This document shows positions 1 through 11,590 of a DNA stretch of 64,000 bases, piece by piece. Under the pieces are notes generated by a model. The model was not told where the DNA came from. It was given only the letters and a program-made list of their open reading frames with translations, and ran no database searches. Both the position numbers and the translations under genes were made by a program. This DNA comes from the human T2T-CHM13v2.0 reference genome, Homo sapiens, in assembly GCF_009914755.1 (NCBI RefSeq), contig NC_060930.1; one strand, given 5' to 3'. How positions within the stretch are numbered: position 1 is the stretch's first letter; each line of letters opens with the position of its first letter.

Positions 1-99
1 CCCCTTTGAAGAGGTACATCTAACTGCCTTTAAAATATGGATGATGACCAGTCTTAGCTGTTTCCTGCTGATAGGGGGCATTGTTTTGGGGAAAACAGC

Positions 100-420
100 A
101 GTCAGATTCCTCCCAGAGGTCTATCTAAGGGTTCCTAGAAAAGGGGAGTCATTATCTGAGGCTCTGGTTGTCTGACCATTTGGAGTTTGATGGCTTCTAG
201 GTGTGAGAGAAACAAGTTTTATAAGGTTAAGTATGCATGGGTTAAACATGTATGTTATACAAGGAAATAATTTAGTGCCAAAGATTACAGAGATAAGAAG
301 TGAAATACACTAACAGTAATATTGTACCCCAAGCTGTTTCACCCTGGTGAAAGAAATTAAACCTTGTGTTGGAGCAAATAAACTTTTGGAAGAGAGATAG
401 CTGTTCTTGCCATATCTTTA
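100..420 (-). pseudogene. ERV env remnant (end of TM and cytoplasmic tail)
   Basis: Minus strand reads ...MFNPCILNLIKLVS / LEAIKLQMVRQ... across a frameshift, similar to the GPCIFNLLVxFVSSRIEAVKLQ motif of HERV-W-like env. Confidence 0.7.
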
Positions 421-479
421 GCAGTTAACAGGTGCACTTGGGAATTCTGGAATCCTGATTGCCATTAAACTTCTGTTTC

Positions 480-1702
480 TTTCCTGTATTTCCTCTTTCT
501 TTCTTGGGACTCCCTCTCTCTATTATAAAAGACTGAGGTAGCCACTTTCAGGATGTCCTCTAATGTACTTTCTGGTCCCAGGGCCTGTTTTTGTAGTTTC
601 CTCCTTATGTCAGGAGCTGTCTGGGTAATAAATTTATCCTTTAGGATTAGTTGTCCTTCAGCTAAATCAGGAGATAGAGAGGTATGCTTTTACCAAGGCC
701 TGTCTTTGACTTTCCAGGAAGGCAGTGGGATTTTCATGAAATCCCTTGTGGATCATGGACAACTTAGTATAATTGAGAGGCTTGGTCCTAGTTCTACGTA
801 AGCTTTCCATTAAGCACACCTGAAAGTGTGTTCTCCTCCAGTCTTCCACTAAACCATTGGGATCCCATTTAGGGTCATCCATTGATACTGCTTCTCTTCT
901 GGTTGGATAATATTCACCCCCTTCCCTGGCACTATGTGTGATACAAAGCTCATCCCCAAATCTCTCTGCTGCTTGCAGAGCAACCTGCTTCTCAGTGTCC
1001 ATCAGGGTCTGATTCAAAGGTAACATAGCATCTCTTCAGGAGAGTTCAAATATCTGGGTGAAATTCTGGAACGCTTCTATATGTCTATCAGGGTCATCTG
1101 AAAACTTGCCAAGATCCCCCATAATTTGCTTTATATCCTGTAGGGAGAAGAGGACCTGGACCTCACTGGACCCAGTTTCACTGGGTATTTGTTGGAGGGG
1201 CAGGAGTGAGACTGGGACTTGTTTAGATGGAAGATTTTTAGGAGGGAGCAAGTGAGAGGCTGAAGCTGTATAGGGAAGTTGGGGTGGACCTGGAGGAGAA
1301 GGGCTTGAGGGAGCTGGATCCTCTGCTAGAAGTGCTTCTGGGACTCATATGTTTACTTTCCTGGGCTTGCCCCTTGCCTGAGATGGCAAACAGGGGGGCT
1401 GGATCAATCTTATATTGTCACCAAAGGTCTGGATTATCTTGCAAAGTATAGAAAGCCTGCACATATGGGGCCCCAGACCATCTGTCCTCACATCTACAGA
1501 AAAGTTCCAATTGCCAGATGGTATTGAAATAAATGGTTTCTTCCTGAGGCCAAGCCAGTCCTTCATAATTTGACCAAACCTTTGTGCAGAGAGCTATGTG
1601 GTGTTTTTCCTCCAGATTCTGAAGGTCAAAGCAGTCCCAATGGTACAAGATACACTCCAAAGGAGCATAGGCTGGGGGTGGTGAAGAGAACTGGCTGCCC
1701 AT
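480..1702 (-). pseudogene. gag: Decayed ERV1 gag (MA, Pro-rich linker, CA/p30)
   Basis: MGSQFS..PLECILYHWDCFD..AWPQEETIYFNTIWQLELFC..W..APYVQAF (MA); FSLQDIKQIMGDLGKFSDDPDRHIEAFQ and MHR-like IHKGFHENPTAFLE (CA); broken by stops and frameshifts. Confidence 0.85.
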
Positions 1703-3003
1703 TCTGAAAGACAGGGTATAGAGGTGTCCCTTATTCCCTTCCTTCTTTCAGTGAAAACTCAGGGTGTGATGGAGAGAGAAAGCAAGTGTTCTTCTTTCAC
1801 TTTCCACCCTTTATCTCCGGCCATAGGTACTACTGTAGTATGTACCCGAAGCAGGGAAAACCTGGAGAATAGGAATTAACCACCCTCACCCATGCCTCCA
1901 TTTCTTCCTGCTGTCAGCAAACTTCCTGGGCCTGTTTATGCCATGGAGCATGGCCTCCTTCCATGGGGTGGAGGGTTTAGTCAGCAGGAATTGGTCCTGC
2001 CCATTTACGTAGTGCCTGTTGCCTGGCTTTGGATCCCTCAGACCTGGCTTTTCTTTCTAAGGCCTTTGCCTGAAGTTTGGAATTGAGTTTGGGACTGAAA
2101 AGGCATTTAAGAGGCTGTTTATATCCATGTACAGTGTCTCAAATGTGCTCTGTTGAATTTGCAGTTCTCAGCCAGAAGGGTCCATTCCTCCATTAACTTC
2201 CCTATCAGAAAGAGAGTTGGTAGGGGGGCCCTCTCACTAAGAAAAGGAAAAAAAAAAGAGAGAAAAACAGTATAAGGGGCAAAGAGGGGAAGATTCCAGG
2301 GGAAGAATACCTTGCTTAGTGCAAGTGGGCCGCCCCAATCCTTATATCCTTCCCCCAATTCAGACCAGGTTTAATTCCTTGGCCAGGGAAAGAAAGGATC
2401 CACTGGGGTAGTGGGCAAGAAGTGCCCATCCATTAGCCCTGTGGAATCTAGGCTACCACCGTGGATTTCTCCCACCCGACTTCATGTCTGTTGGATGCAG
2501 CCTTTGCCTGCTGCAGGCATGCCTAAGTGCCTGAGCTGGGAGGGGAAAGGGTAAGGAAATGTGCCCTGAGCCATGCATGCCTGCAGTTGTTGAGATGGAG
2601 GCATACATGCCACCTCTAGGAAAAATTGGTCTGATTGGTCCCACACTTTCCTTCCCCCATTCCATATCATTTAAAGGGACCATGCTCTTCCTTTACCAGC
2701 ATTCTTGTATCAGCTCTACCAGAATGACAAAAATTGGTGACTGAGGCAAATGTTCATTTTACTTAGTAACATTCCTGTAGTCTGTAGCAAAACTGTTAAC
2801 ATTATAAAGAAAGAGATAAGAGCCATTTCAAACCCTGTGAGAGAAGAGACAAAGTCTGGGGGTTTTGACAGGCCCAGTTATGGAGGTTTAAAACTCTGTG
2901 AAGTGAAACAGAGACTCTTACTCACAGGAAAGAGAGAGATGGCAGGGATTTGGAAGAGAGGCAGACCCGACAGTTTTGCATTCATTCACACTCACGTTCC
3001 CAG

Positions 3004-3020
3004 ATCTCGGGCGAGGCCCA
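3004..3020 (-). promoter_or_regulatory. Primer binding site, tRNA-Pro-like
   Basis: Minus strand TGGGCCTCGCCCGAGAT versus Pro PBS TGGGGGCTCGTCCGGGAT (14/18), 2 nt after the LTR's terminal CA. Confidence 0.75.
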
Positions 3021-3022
3021 GT

Positions 3023-3839
3023 TGAAAGGTTCCTTTGTCCCCCTCCCAGGGCATGTGATGGGGGTGTGGCTTGTTCTTCAGTACCCCACTGCTCAAACCT
3101 GTAGGGGAGCATACAGATGCACAGGCTGTGGGGCTTCAACCCACCCATGGCAGTGTCTAGGGGTGAGTGTTTACAGGCCCTGAAGCCCCAGTCGTTGTGG
3201 GTTACAGGATGCTCTTTTAGTTTGCCTATAGGTGGATTGTGTTAACCAGTTCAATTAAACCCCTTCCTTATCACAAGGACAGAGGGATTTCTGTAGCCCA
3301 GGTTTTTGCCTTGGTGTAGTAGAAAAATCAGATCATATGTGGATTTGGAGAATAAGTGCCAAGTTTTATTGAGTGGAAGTAGCTGTCAGCTGATGGGGAA
3401 CCAAATGGCAGATGGTTTTCCCCTGCAGTTGGGCCACTCAGTGGCCCTAGGTCTCCCCCAGCTGCCCCAGCCAAACTCTGCCTCATCTAGCAGATCGATG
3501 GCCTGCTGGCATGCCCATCCCTGTGGGTGTGCTCTTTTGCTGGAATGCTCCTCTCAACATCCTCTCAATGACCAACCGCTTACGTCTTATTCCACTCATG
3601 TGTTCCTCAGAATGTCCAGCTGCTTGTGTGTCTGCCTGCTAGGTTCTCAGGTTTCTATAGGCCCAGGATGGGGGTGTGGCACACCAGGGTGCTCTTAGGA
3701 AATGCAGCATTTGGGCAGGAAATGCCTGTCCTCACCTAGGTACGTGGGGACCATGCCCTTCTCTAACCCACACTTTCCTTCCCCCATTCCATATCATTTA
3801 AAGGGACCATGCTCTTCCTTTACCAGCATTCCTGTGTCA
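3023..3839 (-). mobile_element. 5' LTR of the ERV (LTR27/LTR28/MER52-like)
   Basis: TG..CA termini on the minus strand, AATAAA (plus-strand tttatt 3365-3370), TATA-like CTATAGAAA near 3652-3660, adjacent PBS. Confidence 0.75.
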
Positions 3840-4249
3840 GCTCTACCAGAATGACAGTCACTGTGATTATGTTGACTGTTATTGCTGTTTTGAGAAAAGT
3901 ATTATAATAAAGAGATAAAGGTTTGGCCAGTTTTTGAGCAGAGGATAAAGGGAACAAAGAATTTCTCGATTTCAAGGGCCTTACGGGTTGGAAAAAGTCA
4001 ACCACTTCTGGACTCTGAGTAGTGAGATTTAAGACTTAAAAGGCTGGATTGGAAAAGATGAATAAAATCTCTCAGCAAAACACAATAACTCAGATTAACA
4101 GTGTTACCATTCCATCAAATTCTCTTGTTTCAGACAGCATCAAAGCAGCCACAGTAAAATTGAGAGGAAGGGGCGGGGCTGGGGAGAGAGAGAGAGACAG
4201 ATACACAGACAGGGGCATGGAGTAAAGACGTTAAGAAGGAAAACAAATT

Positions 4250-5620
4250 TAGAAACTATGTCTGAAAAAGAATTTTGGATGTGGTTATTGGCACTTGCAA
4301 CTGACTGGGAGTGGCTTTTGTCCTGAAAAATATTGGGGGAAATCTATTGCCAGGGTAAGTATGAAACTGCTATAAGTTTGGGACCATTTAGAGATCTTAA
4401 AAGAAGCTTTGGCAGGGAATGTGCTGCAAAAAGCCTGCAAATGTCCATTTTGGATATGGCCTTGGAGGTTAATGAACAAGGAAGAAACTCTCAGAACGTA
4501 GTATCTGTGGCCATGGAAACTAATGGACAAACAGGTACCTTCTGGATAGCAAAATCAGTATGTAAGCAAAGTACTTCGCAACTCCCCTGGGTGGAGCCTT
4601 CACAGAGGCCACCCGCCAGGACTGCATCATTTCTATTGACCAGGGGCTGCTTATGTGCCTTATAGTCTTTCCTGTTTTGAATAGAATATTTTATTATAAT
4701 TATCCTGTTCCTACATCACCATTATATATTGGATATTTGTGAAAGGTAGAAAGATAACTTGATATTTCATTCTAAAATCAGTAGTTGTTTTATATCCTAG
4801 CTACCAGGCTATAAGGAGCCACCTTTGGACCCGACAGACTGCATCAAGTGGAGAGTTTGCTTTTGAAACTGGATGTGGTGACTTCAGGGGGCTTTGGATG
4901 TACCTTTCAGCTGGGGGAATGGGGTGCTGGTAAATGTGTTCTATAGTTAAGAGAAAGTATAAAATAGACATTTGGTGACCAGAAGGATGGACCATGAATA
5001 ATTGTTATGTGTTAACAGTGTCATTACTTGTATATATCTCTTGGCAAGCAGCAAGTCTACATTTTCCACTGCTGCTTTGTATGGCTGTGTGACTGAAGTC
5101 TGGCCACATTATGTCTGCCTCTTCCAGGCTGGGTCCAGGTCCACCTGGTACACACACATACACACACACACACACATCTATGCTGTCTCTTTCCTTTCCA
5201 GTTAGTTAGAAGCAAAGCACTCTGAGGTTCTAGGGTGGTGGTTGGCAAACTGTAGCCTGTGGGTGAAATCCAATCTACCACCTGCTTTCATAAATACACT
5301 TATCCTGAAACATAGTTCTGCTTGTTAATTTAGGTATTATCTATGACTATTTTCAAATGACAACAGCAAACTCGAGTAGTTTCAACAGGCATGGACTGGC
5401 TCATTATGCCTAAAATATTTCTAGCTCTTCTTCACAGCAAAAGTTTGATGATGCGTATTAAAGGGGATGGTGAATGGAAGGATCTTGGATTGCTGTATCA
5501 CTTTGTGAAAAACTATCCACTGCATGCCCTATTAGATTTTACTAGAGTAAATTCGATTGTGCTAGGGATTGAGATTTTGGGGATTTACCTTTATAGCGGC
5601 TAGAACTGCCTTAACTAATC
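4250..5620 (+). mobile_element. Old MaLR: MLT1-internal remnant followed by an MLT1 LTR (~4995-5620), interrupted by MER58
   Basis: MLT1-int 3' end motif (atttggtgaccagaaggatggac) and MLT1-type LTR end (gagattttggggatt...taactaat); boundaries approximate. Confidence 0.5.
5233..5455 (+). mobile_element. MER58 (hAT-Charlie MITE)
   Basis: ggttggcaaactgtagcctgtggg start, internal gagtagtttcaaca, end aaaagtttg. Confidence 0.7.
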
Positions 5621-6269
5621 TGCTGTAATTTAGATGTGGAAGGACTTGTCCTGTCTTATGACCAAGGTCTCAATGTGAGATTTGTGTCTATAAACAGTAA
5701 AAATGAACCAAACTTTTCAAAAGGAAGTTGTGCTCTAATCAGAAAAATTAATGCATTCTTCTAATAGAATTGTACTTAACAACTGTATTTTTAAGGATTA
5801 ACTTTTAAAGGTGGAGAATTGTCTTATGGTTTACCTTGAGCTCATTTGTGGTCATGAGAAAATTTAAAACATGAAACACATGCTCTAGTTGTCTTGTAAA
5901 TATTTGTTCTTACAGAGTGCTTAGTCCCAGACTCTCAAGCTAAGAGCAAAAGCTCTGTTTTGCTATTAAATGGCTTCCAGAACAGCATCTGTCTCTCTGA
6001 TAACTGAGCTATCCTTGCTTTTTTCAAGAAATGGGCATTTATAAAAAACATTCAAAAATATAACCATGATTCTTAAGAAATTAACTCTATATTAATTGTT
6101 AGCTTTAGAAAAAATCGTATAAAAGTTAAATATCTAAAGCTTCTCTTTAGAAAGATTTACAATTCAAAAATGGCACCTGATGCACTTTAACCTCTCTAAT
6201 AAACCCAGAAGTTAGTAGAGTATATGGTATAATCAACAAAGGTTTGTTGGGGAATGCTGTAATATAAAG

Positions 6270-6410
6270 GGATGAACCTTAGACTGGGAACCCAAGGAGT
6301 GGAAGGTCAGGCTTTCCCTAATTAACAGTGTGATCTTGGACAAGTCATATGCCTTTCTGAGCCTCAGTTTCTCACTGATACATATTCTCCAAGGTTCCTT
6401 TTACCTCTCT
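6270..6410 (+). mobile_element. MIR
   Basis: Core gtgtgatcttggacaagtca...tctgagcctcagtttctca. Confidence 0.7.
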
Positions 6411-6814
6411 GTTGAGTGGAATCACTTGGATAAGAAGTTGTTTTCATTGCTTATTGTTCCTTACTATCCAAGCCTTAATTAAAAGCGAAATTCTCTAAGA
6501 ACCTTGCTGAAAGTGTACTTTGTGGATTAAGCATTTGTTCCTTTAAACATGCTGTTTCTGCCACATCTGGAGATGAAAGTGCCTGACTTCCACTGGTTTT
6601 CTCACATCCTTTAGTAGCTAAATAGAAAACTTGAGAAGCTAGGCAATTTTATGTTTCTTCATCTTGTTTTCTTGTACAATCAGGAAAGTTTTTAGGGCTC
6701 TATCCATTTTAGTTGATAAACATTATTCCTTAAGACATGCCTGGGTTTATTCAGAAGCTGTATGACAAGTTTCAGTTATTATTTACCAGCCCTGCCCTGG
6801 AAAAAATAGGTTGG

Positions 6815-7714
6815 TGTTATATAAATGAGATAAAGATGGCCTCTGTGTGTTAAACCCCTAAGTTGTTTATTTCTTCACTGAAGGCTGACTCATTAGCTCA
6901 AAAGCCTGCTGGCACCAAACTCAGATTGATCTCAAATGAGCATATTTTTTAGCCATTTAGAAATTGCCTGCTTTGTATACCCTGCAAAACCTCACCCAAT
7001 AGCTGTTATTTATTATAGCATAGGGCCTAGCAGTTATAAGGCCCGAGCTGATCCAGTGAGTTGCTGTCATGCTGCTGAGTGACATTACCTTGACACATAT
7101 ACTTCTCTGATCCCCTTGTCTCCTGGGAGTTCCTTAGCCATCCTCCTGTTTTCTTTATGGTGCAGGGGTACGACCCAGGTGTAGGATCCCTATACCAGAA
7201 CTTCTGGAAATAATCGCGCTGTGAGAGACATTCTTCCTCCTGCAACCCTGTCCAAATGCCACCCAGCAAGGCTTGTTGTGGTTACTGCCTCTTGTGGTCA
7301 TGTGTTTTGTCCTTAATCAGCCCCAGATTTCTCTGCTATGGACTGAATATGTTCCCTAAAAATTCATACATTGAAACCCTAATCCTCAGTGAGATAGTAT
7401 TTGCAGGTGGGGCCTTTAGGAAGTAATTAGGGTTAGATTAGGTCATGAGAGTGGAGCTCCATGATGGGATTACTGCCTTTGTAGGAAGAGGAAGAGACTC
7501 AAGATCTCTTTCTCTTGTGCATGCACCAAGGGAAAATCTTTGTGAAGACATAACCAGGAAGAGAGCCCTTATCAAGAATCCAACCATGTTCGCACCCTGA
7601 TATTAGACTTCCAGCCTCCAGAACCAGGAGAAATAAACACTTGTTGTTTAAGCCACTCACTCTATGATAATTTGTTATGGTAGTATAAGCTGAGACATTC
7701 TTTGTCCCTCAACA
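6815..7714 (+). mobile_element. LTR47-like solo LTR with a MaLR LTR inserted near its 3' end
   Basis: aaagatggcctctg..ttgtttatttcttcactg..agctcaaaagcctgctggcaccaaactca motif; short tail ending in aaca after the MaLR. Confidence 0.5.
7334..7697 (+). mobile_element. MLT1A/MSTD-type MaLR solo LTR
   Basis: tgctatggactgaat start, ttgttgtttaagccac, agaca end; TSD ttctc/ttctt. Confidence 0.8.
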
Positions 7715-7799
7715 ATTGGGTTTATTGATAATTATTATTCTGGATATCCCTTTGTATTGATAACAGCCCACTGGATTTTTATCCTCCTACGTCTCAGCC

Positions 7800-8019
7800 T
7801 CCCCAACTACCTTATTTAAAGATATCACTATAGTTACTCTTACATATCATTCTTTTTTCTCCTCGTTATTAATATTCACGTTCATTTTCTCTCCGCCCCC
7901 CTAGAATGTAAGCTTCATGAAGGAAAGGAATTTATCTGACTGTGCACAACTCTTTCCAGTACCTACCATAGCTCCTTTACCTAGGATACACCAGATAAAT
8001 CTTTGTTGAATGAATGAAT
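7800..8019 (+). mobile_element. L2 3' end
   Basis: ctagaatgtaagcttcatga...ttgttgaatgaatgaat terminus. Confidence 0.75.
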
Positions 8020-8231
8020 TAGCAAATAATTACCTCTATTGAATCCTGTTCAAGTTTTTCCCTACATTTCATGGTAGATATCTAGGTTCAGCTAACACTT
8101 TCATATGTCTCAATTTATAACACAAAGTTTATCTACACCAGTAAGTGATTATCACCATCAATTTAGTTGTTCTTTTTGGGAAGTTTATATTAGATTTTAA
8201 AGTATATATATACAAATAAGGAGAGGCATAC

Positions 8232-8762
8232 TATATTAGTAATATACTCTCAGCTGCCACTAGTGGAATGCACCAGTTAAGGTGGCTTAAACAATTGGTG
8301 TTTGTCTTTCCTCTGTAACCAAGAAACTAAGAGGCAGCCTATTCCATGGCTGGCTCAGTGTTCAATGATGATGTCAAAACGTTTGAATAAGTCTTTTGCC
8401 TTATTGTTGCAAAGACTGTGGCATCAACTCCAAATCTCATGTCCTCAATGGCAGCAGCTTAAGCAGGAAAGAGGAGGAGGACACAGATTTTTGATAGATG
8501 AAAATCTTTCCCAGAAGCCCCCAGAAAACTTTACCTCAGATCCTGTTAGCTATCATGGGACCACATGCCCATCCTTAGAACAGTTACTGACAAGAGGACA
8601 TGAGAGTTCTGTCTGGCTTAATCTGATTTATCCCCTGCAGTAGGACGACCATCTTCCTGGAAATCAAATGATCTCTACTGAATCCTGAATTAAATTAGAA
8701 TTTCCTAGTCAGGAAAAAGGAAGGATACCTTTGGTGGGCAGTTGATAATAACTGCTGCATAT
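8232..8762 (-). mobile_element. Old MLT1 (J/K/L-type) LTR
   Basis: ggtggcttaaacaa, ctttcccagaagcccc and cacatgccc motifs of antisense MLT1. Confidence 0.55.
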
Positions 8763-8874
8763 AATACATTGAATCTTTACTGATTTTTACTTCTCCCTAT
8801 TTTTGCTTCTTTTTATTGAAAACGTTTTTGGGGAACAAATGAAAAAAAGGTCTTATGGAATCAGTGAGGTGACC

Positions 8875-9288
8875 ATCACCAGTGTATTGGATAAAGAAAA
8901 TGTGGTACATATACATCATGGGATACTCTGTAGCCATAAAAATGAAATCATGTCCTTTGTATAACATGGATTCAGCTAGAGGCTACTATCCTAAGAGAAT
9001 TAATGTAGGAACAGAAAATGAAATACTGCATGTTCTCCCTTGTAAGTAGGAGTTAAACATTGGGTACTCATGGACATGAAGACGGTAACAATAGATACTG
9101 GACACTATTAGAGGAAGGAGAGAGGGGGGCAAGGATTAAAAAGTAAAGTTTGGGTATTAGGCTCACTACCTGGGTGACAGGTTCAGTCATATCCCAAACC
9201 CCAGTGAGACACGATATACCTATATACCAAACCTGTACATATATCCCCTGAATATAAATAAAAGTTGAACATATAAAATAAAAAATAA
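8875..9288 (+). mobile_element. L1 3' end (older L1PA/L1PB type)
   Basis: ggataaagaaaatgtggtacatatac, L1 3'UTR and A-rich tail. Confidence 0.85.
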
Positions 9289-10069
9289 GTCTTAAGAAAT
9301 TTTAACCTGAATATCAATAAATAATTTCATCAATTTTTATTTATTAAGCACTAATGAGCTCAGCGTTATGCTTGATTCTCTTTGCTAGTTCGATAAAGCA
9401 AGGCATAGAAACCACAAAATAAATAATAGAGAATATAAATATAAATATTCTCTCCCCTTATTCTGGTTGAGAATGGCTTTCAAATTTTTCTGAGGCTCTG
9501 ATTAGGGCTTACTCAATTGTTGAAGTAATGCATTAACTTTGCATGCAAGGAGTTTCTTCCATAGAAGAATACCTGGAAGGGGACTGTTTTCACTGTGTTA
9601 TGTTTATAATGTGGGATTTGTAAAGGAGCTGGAAGATCCAGATGAGACAGAATGCTTAGAATGCTTGTATTGCTTCTGTAACTTATTTAAAATAGCTGCA
9701 CATTTACTTAGAGTAACAACAAACAGTGGAGCTCATGGAGTTGGGACAAACCATGTGGTTGTGACCCAAAGGAATGGCAGATCTTCCTCACCTTATGAAC
9801 AAGCAAACACCTCTGTGACCTGGGATTTTGGGGTGAAGCTACTCAAGGGCCTGAGGGTGTGTATGTGTGTGTGTTGCACATAGGCCATTTCACTTTGCTT
9901 GGCCCATGGCTTGCATGAGTCATTGCCCAGTGATAACCTGGCTGTCTCTATTGGCTTTAGTGTTGTTTTCAGGAGACACTATTCCTGCTTATTTGCCTCT
10001 TCAGGTGTTAAATCTTTACGTAGTTTCAGAATAGACTCTGTTCTCCTCAAATAGCCAGGTTAAAAAGTA

Positions 10070-10230
10070 TAGTGCCTTGCTACTGAAAATGTGATTTATT
10101 GATCAGCAACATTGATATCACTTGGAAACTTGTTAGGAATGTAAAACTCAGGCCCCATCCCAGACCCACTGCATCAGAATCTGCATTTCAGTAAGATTCC
10201 CATGCACATTCAAGTTTCAGAAGACAGTTT
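10070..10230. mobile_element. MER5 (hAT-Charlie)
   Basis: caggccccatcccagacc..catcagaatctgcattt..aagattccc core. Confidence 0.75.
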
Positions 10231-10489
10231 CTCCATGGTTATTGTTATTGCCTTTGTTGTCATCATCATTAAATGGGCAATGTGGCCAGTCACAGATGGT
10301 TACATAAAAACAGACAAGCAGCCACAACTCAAACACGGAGACTCTTTACATCTTTCTCTTTATATCTTTCCCAATTCCCTATGTGAGATAATCCTTCTGC
10401 TAGCTTACAGGAAGGGCTCTTTAATGAAGGGGCAGCATGAGAAGGTACCTCAATGGTTCTGAACTGCCCTCTGCACCCAAGAACTTTGT

Positions 10490-11058
10490 AAGGCAATCCT
10501 AAGCAAAAAGAACAAAGCTAGAGGCATTATGCTACCCAACTTCAAATTATACATCAGGGCTAAAGTAACCAAAACAGCGTGGTACTGGTATAAGAACAGA
10601 CACACAGAACAATGGAACAGAATAAAGAACCCAGAAATTGGACTGCACACATACAGCCATCTAATCTTCAACAAACTGACAAAAACAAGCAATGGGGAAA
10701 GGATTCCCTGTTCAATAAATGGTACTAGGAGAACTGGCTAGCCATATGCAGGAAACTGAAACCGGACCCCTTCCTTGCATCATATACAAAAATCAATTCA
10801 AGATGGATTAAAGACTTCAATGTAAAACCCAAAACTATAAAAACTGTAGAAGAAAACTTAGTCAATACCATTTAGAACATAGGCACAGGCAAAGATTTCA
10901 TGACAAAGACACCAAAAGCAATTATAGCAAAAGCAGAAATTGACAATTGTTATCTAAGTAAACTTAAGAGCTTCTGTACAGCAAAAGAAACTACCAACAG
11001 AGTAAACAGACAACCTACAGAATGGAAGAAAATTTTTGCAAACTATGCAACTGACAAA
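10490..11058 (+). mobile_element. Internal L1 ORF2 fragment with no 3'UTR or poly(A), inside a MER5-like element (~10450-11125)
   Basis: ORFs 10529-10741 and 10900-11130 give ORF2 peptides ([18 protein letters not shown]; [11 protein letters not shown]); flanks resemble the two halves of MER5A. Confidence 0.85.
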
Positions 11059-11499
11059 ACACAAATTTTTGAGACCCACTCTAAATCTCCTGTATCAGAA
11101 TCTCCTCTGTGGGGCCTTGGGATAGTATAAGGAGTTCTTATACAGTCATCCTGGCATGCTCACATAATAACACTTAGGAATAGTAGTTTTGGGCTCACTT
11201 GTTTGATTTGATGCTGGAATTCTCACTTCTACACTTGTGACTCACTGTCACTGACCTCAGATTAAACACTTCTATTATTAGGGAAATCACTAGAAATATA
11301 AACGTAACTTGAATTCTCACATGACTTCCTGAACTCTTACTTTCCTGGTAGGTCTCACATTCTTCTACTTTTGTGTCTTGTGTAGAATGGTAGAAAGAAC
11401 TCCAGACCAGGTTCTAGTTCCAGCTGTCCCTTGGTTTGAATTCATTTTTGGCCAGAAGTGTTACTATTTGACAGACAAGGTCTAAGGAGCAGAAATGTG

Positions 11500-11590
11500 C
11501 TGGTGATCATGGGCAAGCTGCTAAGCCCTTCTGGTTTCCTTAACTGTAGAACAACAGGGTTGAACTGAAGTTCCTTTTCCTAAAATCTAC
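11500..11590 (+). mobile_element. MIR/MIR3 fragment
   Basis: gatcatgggcaagctgctaagcccttctggtttcc..ctgtagaa core. Confidence 0.5.

Larger units (their letters stand above)
1..3839 (-). mobile_element. Class I (ERV1) provirus, HUERS-P/MER52-group-like: 5' LTR, Pro PBS, leader, decayed gag, env tail and PPT; pol absent; 3' LTR expected just left of the window
   Basis: Gag MA/CA-like ORF fragments (1418-1702, 1036-1251, 667-1026), an env C-terminal motif near 100-330, a purine tract at the window start on the minus strand, a PBS at 3004-3020 and a TG..CA-bounded LTR at 3023-3839. Confidence 0.85.
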
